Below the pieces are notes generated by a model. That model was not told the origin of the DNA. It saw nothing but the letters and a program-made list of their open reading frames with translations, and did not search any database. From Microbotryum violaceum (Eukaryota), in assembly GCA_001244265.2 (NCBI GenBank), contig CDLV01000016.1:496001-560000 (forward strand): DNA of 64,000 bases, read 5' to 3'. The position numbers and the translations under genes were made by a program. This document shows, in pieces, positions 50,602 through 60,969 of the stretch (the first letter of the stretch is position 1; every line of letters starts with the position of its first letter).

Positions 50602-53600
50602 ATGGGCAGGCATAAATGGAATCGCTTCAAGTTCCGACCTGACTACTTCGAGGGACATCCTGACTATAAGCCCCGACGCCTTCGTTCGGACCCTCAACTC
50701 CGCACCAACATCCCCGGAACCCGGCACATGGTTACGTACACTGCGCGCCAAATTCAGCAAAGAACCTTCAATGAACATGCTCGTGGCGAAGCTAGCTCGC
50801 CGTCTCCTCGGCCTCCAATGGCCCCTCCGATTCAGGCCGATTTCGACGAAGCCGCCAACCCGAGTGGGATGGATTGGGATGATGAACGCCACAGCGAGTA
50901 CGGTGGTGGCTATGAACGCGACTTTAGTCCGGCCCCATACTTTCCGGATCGAACATCCCATATACCAATCGCGCCTGACTATAGTGCAACCGCCGAGCGA
51001 TTATCACTGGCTGATCTGCGCCAAGACGAAAGTTTCGAACCAGCCACACGTGGTCAGTCGAAGCAAGAAACGTACAAGCAGTTCGTGTTTAACGACTCTC
51101 GTCTTAGGCGCTTGGAACGGCCAGCGCTTCTGCGCCAGTATATCGCGTTTTGCGCTGGGGTCAAAGGTCATCTACGGCCCTTGATTGACGTGGACGAGGA
51201 GCTGTGCCAGGGTTCGGTCGCTAGCGAAGTGCCGTCGCCTTGTTCATGCGAGAGCCCCCTCACATTACTGCTTGACGTGTACGACCTCATAAGCTGTGTG
51301 TGAATAAGGCAAGTTGGGTCACTGTGTCGAATAACGCGCTGACAAGGTCGAATCGATGCAGTGGTCGAGGTACCGATCGCTTTTTGACCGAGATCCAGCA
51401 GCGATAGCCCATGCCTTACGTACGCCGAGCGCCTTGCTCAGATCGGATTGATCGGATCGACCGCAGCTGCTCCTCGCTCTGCCTTCACCTTTCGATTTGT
51501 ACAATTCCTCGACTCCTGGTGGAGCACCGCGCCGTTTCCTGTTGATGGAGCAGCTCGCGGGCTCGACATTTTCTATGAGCAAACTGGATGGGGTCAGCCG
51601 GGCCTGAGTCAGCATAAATTCGTGAGCTCGACCCCCTGTCATGGTTGCTATTGATCATTATCTGATATTTATCATCGTTCGCGCAAAACAAGGAGCTGCG
51701 AAAGCAACTCCAGCGCGCCCTTGACGAATTTCGGGCTCTCACGACATCCGAGCGAGAATTGGGCGACCTCGTCCTCGGTGTCGCGGGTTCTCTCTCGGAT
51801 AAGTGTCCAGCATGCTACGGATCGACGCGTCTAAATCAAGCCCACCATAGAGTCGAAGTGCAGCATCTTGTCGCTCTGGATGGCAACTTCCAACATTCTC
51901 GCGACACCTCAGCCAAATACGATTTTCAGGAGTCGACGCCAGCCCTCTTCATCGGCGAAGGCGAGCTCGAATCGATGAAGGAGATCTGTGATGGTGGCGA
52001 CAGCAAGAAGTCAGAAAAGGTCCGCTGATCCGAGCCGCCCCCTGCGATTCTTTCAACGCGCTGACGCCCTTCCTCTCGCGTCTTGAAGGCCTGTGCCGAT
52101 TCGTGGAAAGCGGCCAACGGCGGTGCGACACAAATCTCGCGGGGCAAGTCCGATACGGGCCTAGTTGCCTGTGTTTGCCGTCACGATATCGCGTTGAAGA
52201 TGGTCAATTTGTATCAATCAGGCGAAAAGTTCGTCAGCTCAGCTCCTCTTTCAACCGCTTACAAGGCCTGACGCTCGATTTTGATGAGGCAGGCGCTACT
52301 ACGGCTTATCGCTGCTGCAACATATTTCGAACCAACTCCCTTTCAACGATACACTCGGAGTGCTGTGTGATGTTGCGTGTAATTTGGACGGCTACATGCA
52401 ATCGGTCAGGAAGAGTGGCGGATCCGTCGTTTCTTAGATTTCTGGCCCTGGGGCGCCGCTGACCTGTACTGTACTTCGATCGCCTGCAGAGAAGTATCCT
52501 TCCCGATCTGTTTCCGAGATTGAAGTTTGCCACGAGCGTGTTTCATGCTGTTGCTCATCAATGGCCCTGCCAGCTTGAGTACAACCCGCGCCTGATTCAG
52601 CACTTTGGGTTGACGGATGGGGAGGGATGCGAACGCGTTTGGAGTCAGCTCCGATCGCTCATCCCGATCAATCGTCCTGCGAGCGCTTCTCACCGGCGCG
52701 TCAACATCTCGCGTCGCATCGACCTGATGAACAAGAACGGTGTTGACAGCCTCGGTATGCTCTGCCATCCACACTTTCACGCCGTGTTCGTTACTTAATT
52801 GTGCGGTCCCTTCGAATGCTCAAGATCAGCTTGGAAGGGCACAAACTGATCTGAGTGATGTTTCGGCAATATGGTCCGAGTCTGACCTTCTCGCGCAATG
52901 GGATTTACAACGAGCTGCTCAAGCGGCCACAACGGCGGGTCAACGTCGGGAGAACGAGGACAAGGAGCGATTAGAGCTGTTTAACATTGTACAGAGGCTA
53001 CACCACGTGGAAGGAAGGCTGTACGTTCGGCGCGTCAAACCCCATTGGAGGACGAGGGCGTAAAATTGACACTGTGTCTTGGCATTGTGTGTTCAGATTC
53101 GATCCAGTGGCTTCCGATGAAGCGAAGGCTCGCTTGCAGCAACAGCTAAGAGCTTACCAACAAGAATACGATCGCACGAAGGAGCTTGCAGCTTCAGGTG
53201 CGGCGCGCGTCCTATCTTTATGAGTATCGCCACTTGATGTTTGATGTCCCATGACATACCTAGATTTCCAGCATTTGTGCAACTGCGTAGTCAAACTTCG
53301 CGCATTACACAAAGCGACGGTCCAATTGCAATGCTGTCAAGAACGAATTGACTCAATGGGTCGGGGACGAAGCTGCGCGACAATCGGTCAAGTCGAAGCC
53401 AGCAAGCTTGTCAGCGTCTCACAGACGCACAGCAAGAAAGTAAAAGTGGCAATCGATATGTACAATAAAGCGGTCGGGGATTACCGAAATGCTGCGACCG
53501 AGCAATCGGCCCAGATTCTGGACAACTTACCGCTCGCTACCACAATTAAGTCGCTTGTGACTCTGTCGCCAACGGACGCTTTCTGGCAAGACGGTTTTTT

Positions 53601-54475
53601 CGTACACGACACTGGGCCTTGGGCGATTGATACCGATGTTCAGAAAGGGATCAAGGCGGTTTTACTCAAAGCCAGGGCGGAAGAAGAGATTCTCCGGATC
53701 GGAGCTGAGGTTCGACAACTACTTGCGTGGCTCGAAGATGAGGACACTCGCTTTGTTAGGGTATCTCAGGCATGGGCAGAGGACCGAGGTGAGATGGACA
53801 CACCCTTTCTTTGTGTTGGTGCTGTACCTTACGTCGCCCCTTCTATTAGTTCCCGAAGAAACGATCGAAGCGGCTAAGAAACTTCTCGGAACTGACGGCG
53901 CGGGCGAGGTTGGCACTGCGGTGTGGCATGTGCTTCAACGCCGGCAGATTTCGCTCAAAGAGCGTCTGGATCAGCTCGCCGAACGCGATGATCTCTCGGT
54001 TGTCTGGTTTAGGACGCGTTTACCCGCAGTTCATGAATCGCGGCCCTCGGCATTTGGTTTGATCGGGGGACTTTTCGCCGGACGGGCGAAACAGGTGTCG
54101 CGCCGTTCGCGCGGTAGTCCACGTCATTTCGGTCGCCGCCTTTCGACGCTAAATAATACTCAAATGCAGAGCCCCATCGCTGAGTCGAGCCGCAGCTTAT
54201 CAGGTCCTTCTGCCGTGGACGTGCGCCACACACCCATCGACCTCGACGCATTCCGAAGGGAACTTGGCCTGACCCCCGATCCAGCCGCGGAGCAGGCCGA
54301 GCGAGACCGTGGTGACGTGTATGAAAGACGAATGGAAGAACTTTTGGGTTCACTATCGGAGCAGGAGGTCGAGGAAGAAGATGATGCTGAGCTCGGGGAG
54401 GGCGGCGGAGAGTCAGGCTCGACAAGGAGTGAAGACTCGGACGACCTCGAGATTCTCGACGAGCCCATGGGCTAG
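50602..54475 (+). CDS. KDZ transposase with a CxC1-like N-terminal region (multi-exon; possibly inactivated by a TGA near 51384)
   Basis: GLIGSTAAAPRSAFTF, KCPACYG, VALDGNFQHSR, DTGLVACVCRHD, SGEK, DVAC, FHAVAHQWPCQLEYNPR...GLTDGEGCERVWS, RAEEEILRI: canonical KDZ motifs. Confidence 0.9.
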
Positions 54476-55007
54476 CTAGGGATGGTTTGGCGCATTTGTT
54501 GACTGTAGATTATTTGTTATTGAAGGACTTTGCTTTTTGTATGCGGCCCATATCACACATGGTAGAATGTGGACGCCAGTGCACAAAAGTAAAATGGATG
54601 TCAGCCTTAATGAGGCGTTGACGTGTTGACGACCACGATCCCACGAGCCGGTCGCCACGGCCACACTCACCGAACTGCAGCAGTACGTGACAAGCTTGAA
54701 GGTTCTGCTAAGTTGAAAACTAAAAATTGGTGCGCATCGGTGCTGACATTTGCAGGTTCAGGTTTGGGAACGTTGCCAGAGGGGGCGGGGGGCGGTGAGG
54801 ATTGGTGTTGCTGTAGTTGTTCTGTTCCAACAGCACCCCGAAGTGCGTCCAGACCCGTCCAACGGCGCTCCGTTGTACAGTGCTTGCGATAATATGTCAG
54901 CAAAAATCAATGAAATACGTCACCGCATACCTACTCCGTTGACGTGATAGTTTATGTAGTCGAGTGAGCAGGGATATTGGTCTATCGGCCAAGGACCTTG
55001 TAGGGGC

Positions 55008-55225
55008 TGTGTACTCCCGGGGTACACATACACAGAGTCGGCGCGCGACAAGAGTGTAACCCCGGGGACCCGGCCTGTGCCGTCGACAAAGCTGTGTACT
55101 CCCGGGGATACACAGTCATTCGGCGCGCAGGGTGTGATCACTCCCGGGGTACACAAGGCGCAAGCGGGGTCCCCCGGGAGTACACAGGCGCTTTCCCGCT
55201 TGCGCCTTGTGTACCCCCGGGGTGC
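55008..55225. repeat. Cluster of palindromic TGTGTACYCCCGGGRGTACACA motifs
   Basis: About six full or partial copies here, with further copies at about 55780, 55816 and 57651. Confidence 0.8.
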
Positions 55226-55290
55226 CAAGCCGGTCACCGGTGGCAGATCACTGTATAATAACATGTCCGATTCTACAACGGCAGGCGGTT

Positions 55291-55740
55291 AATCCTTTCG
55301 GTAACTTCAGACACATCCTGGGCTTTGAGCGGGAGCGTGGAAGTTTGTTGTAGTGCAGTTTCGCTCTGCTCGGTAGTTCGAACGGAGATTCAGGTAGGGA
55401 GTGCGTTGGCCTTGCGGGCTTTTCAGAGTGCAAGTCGGATGTAGCAAACGAATCTTTCGTCGGTCTTGTCGCAGGAGGGTATCCCTTCAGTAACTGCAGA
55501 CACATCCTGAGCTTCGATTGGGTGCGTGGAAGATTGTTCTAGTGCAGTTTCGCTCTGCTCGGTGGTTCGAACGGAGATTCAGTTAGAGAAGTGCATGGGC
55601 CTTGCGGGCTTTTCAGAGTGCAAGTCGGATGTAGCAAACGAATGTTTCGTCGGTTTCGTCGCAGGAGGGTGTTCCGTTCAGTAACTGCAGACACATCCTG
55701 AGCTCTGAACGGGTGCGTGGAAGTTTGTTGTAGTGCAGTC
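55291..55740. repeat. Tandem repeat, about 2.3 units of 190 bp
   Basis: gtaactKcagacacatcctg...gcgtggaag...tagtgcagt recurs at 55301, 55490 and 55681. Confidence 0.9.
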
Positions 55741-56106
55741 AGCAAGGACGTTGGCGACGGGCCGCGCCTGAGCCGTGGAACCCCGGGAGTACACAGCTGG
55801 AGAGGGCACCGGTCATGTGTACCTCCGGGGGGTACACACCGCCACGCCGGTTGTACAGTGCTTGTAAAAGTGTCCTAGAATCGATGAAGCATGTCGTCGC
55901 ATACCGCTTCCTCGTTTCCGAAGGCACAAGACTCTGTTGTAGTGTATCTACGCCCTGCCCTAAGGTTTAAGATTGAACTAGAATTTCCGCCTTCGGAGTG
56001 CGTTGTACCTCGGAGTGAATCATGATTGCAGAGCAGGATCTCCATTAACACAACATACAAGCTAGACAGCTACACACGCTCACGGAAAACTCGGGATGGT
56101 CATCGC

Positions 56107-57589
56107 CTAACCGGTGAATTGACACTCATGGTGCCTCATGTCCCAGTATCCAGGCCGCGCTCCAGCTCGCTCAGACTGGTCAGCTCGGAGAGGGTGGAGA
56201 GGTTGCTTTCGGCCTCCGAACCGGCTGCCGATCCGTGGTCGGAATGTTGGCCGGTCGCCGAACTGTGTTCCGATATCGCGTCCTCCTCGTGCCCCCGAGG
56301 TCGACGCGGCGCCCTCTCCGCCGGACCCCTTCTTGCGCATCCAACAATACGCGTCCCTCTGTTTGCTCGACAGCGCCAACCACATGTGGGCACACTCAAC
56401 AATCCAGGAGTCCCAGATCTTCTTCCTTTCGGGCTCGAGGTCCGCATCGGTGGGCGGCTTGGGAGGTTCGGGAACGTGGACGAGCACCGTCGTTGCAAAT
56501 GGTCTGAGCGCTGCTTGCCAGGTGCGATGTTCGCTTTCTAACTGATCCCGGTAATCGTCCGGGACACGTTTCCCGAGAAAAGGGCGGTACACCTTTCGGA
56601 TCCATCTTAAAAGGCGGTCACTCCCCTTCCTGGTCCTCGTCGGTCCTTACATCGTCCTCAGGGAGGGGGCGTTGGCACTCTTGGTACAGGGGTGAAAGGA
56701 TTTCACTGAATAGGCGCAATTCCTCATGTTCGGCGGCAATGTCGACGGGGACGGTGAAGATGCGCGCTCGGATATCGTCGAAGTCTTGGATGCGGGGCCT
56801 ATACTCCTTCAAAACTCTCGCACTCCCTCCACCTCTCTTTCGCTTCTGGTTATCGTATGCATCGAACAACACGTTCCTCCAATGGATGAGCACGGTCAAC
56901 AGGCTCCGAGGCAGACGTCCATTCCCTTTGTACCCTGCCCATTCATCCCAAACAGGCCACATGACGTAGTCGATCTCCTCCCGGACCTCATAGTTAAAAT
57001 TTTCGACGTCCTCGGGGATTGGGTCTTGAGTCATGATGTCTTTGGGTTCCATCACCAGCCGACGCGCCCTTTCCGCCGCCCACTCGTCGTGCCTCGCACG
57101 GCCCGCTTTCCCCGGCGCCTCCAACATGTCAAGCTTGGCCTGCAACTGCCGGCGGTATCTTTTCTTTAGGTGGCCAAAACCCTAATCAGATCAGATAAGT
57201 ACATCAACAAAGGTTTAGCCGAACTCCACATAGTTTGTTTCTGATCTCCTGGGAAAGCTGTCTAGCACTCACTGCTTGGACCTCACGGTCGGTACCGATC
57301 AGCTCAAACGCCGCCTCGTTGCATCTGTACCGACTGTCGACCGTAGACGAATTGAACGCGCGCTTGTGTATACGAATGATTTTTTTTTTAGGTTTCGTTT
57401 GGCCTCATGTGCATGTTCCGGTGCTACCGTTGGTCCGTCGAGTGACCTGTACCCTCCAGGCAGCTTGTAGTGTTTGTTGCAAAGTTCACAACGGACACGC
57501 CATTGGCCGGACTCGTCACGGATAAGATCGATGAGATGCGAGTCGATGTCGAGCCAGGCGCGCTCGCCCTCAGTGGCGCGTGGTGCCAT
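56107..57589 (-). CDS. Unknown spliced cargo gene of KDZ-B with an N-terminal CxxC zinc-finger-like motif (possibly frameshifted at a poly-A tract)
   Basis: Protein-like colinear frames 57589-57300 (WRVRCELCNKHY), 57145-56618 and 56592-56107, separated by plausible GT-AG introns. Confidence 0.55.
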
Positions 57590-58733
57590 GTTGGAACTTG
57601 GAGTGGGGGTGAGGGGTGAGATCGGTGAGAGGGAAAGAGCAGTGTCCCAATGTGTACCCCCGGGGTACACGTCGCGCCTCGCTTCACCTCACGTCACCGA
57701 GCGCGCGCGCTCTCCTCTCACAGCATCACCGACACCGCGCGCGTCACAGCCGATCCGATCCGATGCCCTCAGCGAATCACGACAAGTTACAATCAGCGAT
57801 TCTCTCTGCAGGACACAAAGGTCAAGGTCATCGAGTATTTGCACGAGACAAGATATACTGGCCACCTGGCACATTGCCTGTCCCAGGCGGGAAGCAACCT
57901 GAATACGTAGTCGGCACCGAGCGCGTCGGACCTATATGAAAGCTTGCAGTGTATGCAAGCGACTCGGCCAACAACGAGCTTTGCTACTACGAAGTCATTG
58001 ACGCCTCAGCACCAAGCTGCCATTATATCGATGCCGAGTTTACGCGCCCTTCCATTGACAATTCAGCAGAAAAGGCATTGATTACGCGTAATGCAGCGTC
58101 GTATTTCCCTGGCACATATGGTCAGCTGGCCAGCTCGGACACCTTGCGATCTTGCGTCTGCAGGTCAGAACTGCCGAACTACCTTGTTCCCTGCTTCTGT
58201 TTTATATCTGTTGTTCCAGCGTCAACGAATAATCTCGGCTTTCATTCTCACTGCGGGCACACCGTTTGGAGAACCCAACGCGAAGCGTGTTATTACGGAC
58301 ATTCTCGACAGCTTGAAGGTTCTGCTCTCACTTCGCCAACGTCTCGGGGGGTCCGAAGGGGTAGTCGGAGAAATTTGGGTGCTTTGCTGTTGTCACCCCC
58401 AAGCTCTGGGGCGAGCTTAACTGCAGTTTGACATTAGGTAGGATGCGTGAGTGCTTTATTTGGACATCCATTAAATGCCTGAATTGAATGTCCGGAGTAA
58501 AGTCTGAAACGTTAGGCGTCAGTAAATCTATTTGCTTTGCGATCAAAATCGCGTCGCATAATTGATCAACGGACGAATCAGCTAGTCAAGATGCGTGGAA
58601 ACTTGTTGAATACCTCTTGCCACACACAGGTCAATATCACCTCAACGACTACAAAAAGTTTGGCCATCTATCTCAACGCGCGATAGGCGCACCAACAATA
58701 TACTGAACAACAGAAATGTAGTCGGATTCGGAA

Positions 58734-60300
58734 TCAGGATGTTGCAGCTCCCGAATCAGCATCAGAATCGGAATTAGAATTAGAATCAGAACCAAGATCA
58801 GAAGCAGAAGCAGAATCAGATCCAGAGACTTGGTCTTCTGGCTCCGTTTCCAACTGTCCGGTTGTCACAGTACCTTCGGCACGAGTGCGGTCAAAAGAGC
58901 CCTGGCCTATCTCCTCTTTGAGTGAGAAAGTAAGGCCACCCTGTCGCATCAGAGGGATGATTCTTCTCAAATCCGCAACGGTCGGCTTCTTGCCATTTGT
59001 GGGACTGCGGAAATCACGCTCTTGAAGACCATTTCCGAACTCGACAATAAGAGCGATTGGATCCTTCGCAAGAGTTGCCTGGTTATAACTCGTAAGCTTG
59101 GAAAGCACGTAGGGCTGAGTAGATCTATTTCTCTGGTGGCGACGACGGGGCGCTTGATCTGCACGGCCACAGATGTTCAGTACTAGGCTGCAAAGTGTGG
59201 GCGCAGAGCCGTGGAATGGTTGCTCACTATAGTGATCGTCGATTATGATGCTATACCATGCGCAGAGCACTCGTTGAGACGCCTTATCAACATCGCCATG
59301 ATTAGCTGCTCATCAGATTTTGGGATCAGCGCCAATCCATCACTGAGCACAAAATACGTCCTAAAGCTTGCTTGACAAACCTCGCATCTTATATTGTTCA
59401 TTTTGCCCCTGATTAAACCGAGTCCCATTAACGCAATCCGTGAAGTTGACTAGAATATCTTTTTGCTGGTCAGAATCCCAGCCTTGGCGCCGCATGAAAG
59501 CTGCGCCGCCAAGCGTAGAAACGATAAAACGATCATTTTTTTGTTCTCGAGCTTGTTCGAGCTGACGATGACTAACGCGTCGAAGCCGTAGCCCTCAGTA
59601 TACTGCTCAACCTAATTCGGTGCCGAGCTACGTAAGTCAGCAGGGGGAACTTGGCCTCTGAGGAGGCGGAAACGGAGAGCCGAGTCTTCACGGACCAGCT
59701 CGTTCATCGCATTTTCGTATCTGCACCGCAGTTTGGAGATGGTAGCAGAATCCATTCGCCATCGCTTGAGGGGCCGAGCGGTCTCCTTTCGATCACGCGC
59801 TTCACTTGCCCTCGCTTCCTTCCATTGTTCCCAGAGTTCTGGTGAGTTTTTGACTTGTTCCCAGTAGCGTGATCCAATCGCCTGTAGCGCAGAGAAGTCT
59901 TTCGGGACTTTGTAGGGGTCCGAGTGATGGATTTGTCCGTCAGAGTAGCGTCTTGTAATGGAGAGTAAACGGTTTTGGGATGAGTCAGGAAGGCAGACGC
60001 TACACTTACCCTCGAGTCCGTTCTTTTCGAGGAGACAACGGAAGAAGCGGCTGGTCTTGAAGTCATTCCAGTCGTTTCGGTCGTTGCTTCGAGTCGCAGG
60101 GGGCGTGTACGAGTCGAGATCGTCGTCCCGAACTCCATGCCGCAAACAGTATTGCATCTTTTCGAGGCGACGTTGCAAGTTATAGAGCACGTGGGTCTCC
60201 TTTTGCGACGATGACAGGCGCGAAGTCGAAGGCAACGCTCGAACGGCATCGTGGAGGGCTCGGATCTCATCCTGAACCTCTTCGATTCGATGACTCATTG
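58734..60300 (-). CDS. KDZ-B companion gene, helical/HMG-box-like protein with an acidic SD-repeat tail (spliced; one apparent frameshift near 59540)
   Basis: MSHRIEEVQDE...RNDWNDFKTSRFF...AIGSRYWEQVKNSPELWEQWKE; homologous to the 3366-4500 remnant in KDZ-A. The HMG resemblance is by eye only. Confidence 0.6.
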
Positions 60301-60724
60301 AGTTGGACGAGTTGGACGTGGTCGGCCTTGAGGCAAGCGTCGTGCTTCGTCCATCTTCCGCGATAGGAAGCAGAAATGTGGTGCTGTTGTGTCTGAACGG
60401 TCGCTGAGGACGACAGTACAGACCCCATTTCGGGGCTGCTGGTCGATTGCACCGAAGCATCTTCGGCGGTAACAACGAGGAATGAGGAGTAGGGTCAGCA
60501 GACAATAACAAAACAATCAAGACACGAGGACTCGTCTCACGGTCGGGAGCGGCAAACGCTGACGCGTTACCGGGATTAGACAGGAGAGGCAACATATCGT
60601 ATGGTCGGATGGCTTCGAGTCAAGATATACGACCGAAAGCGGAAGGGAACAGAAAGTAGTAAGACCAGGACTGTGATCCATAACGGCGCGTCAAGCGGCA
60701 ACGCTATCGCTCGCTCGCGCTCAG

Positions 60725-60969
60725 GTAATGATGTAATGATGTAATGATGTAATGATGTAATGATGTAATGATGTAATGATGTAATGATGTAATGATGTAA
60801 TGATGTAATGATGTAATGATGTAATGATGTAATGATGTAATGATGTAATGATGTAATGATGTAATGATGTAATGATGTAATGATGTAATGATGTAATGAT
60901 GTAATGATGTAATGATGTAATGATGTAATGATGTAATGATGTAATGATGTAATGATGTAATGATGTAAT
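60725..60969. repeat. Perfect octamer microsatellite (GTAATGAT)x30
   Basis: Uninterrupted array of 240 bp plus a 5-bp partial unit, inside KDZ-B about 160 bp from the right TIR. Confidence 0.98.

Noticed and set aside
60725-60969. (GTAATGAT)n as a telomere
   Set aside because: It lies inside a TIR/TSD-bounded element with unique sequence on both sides.
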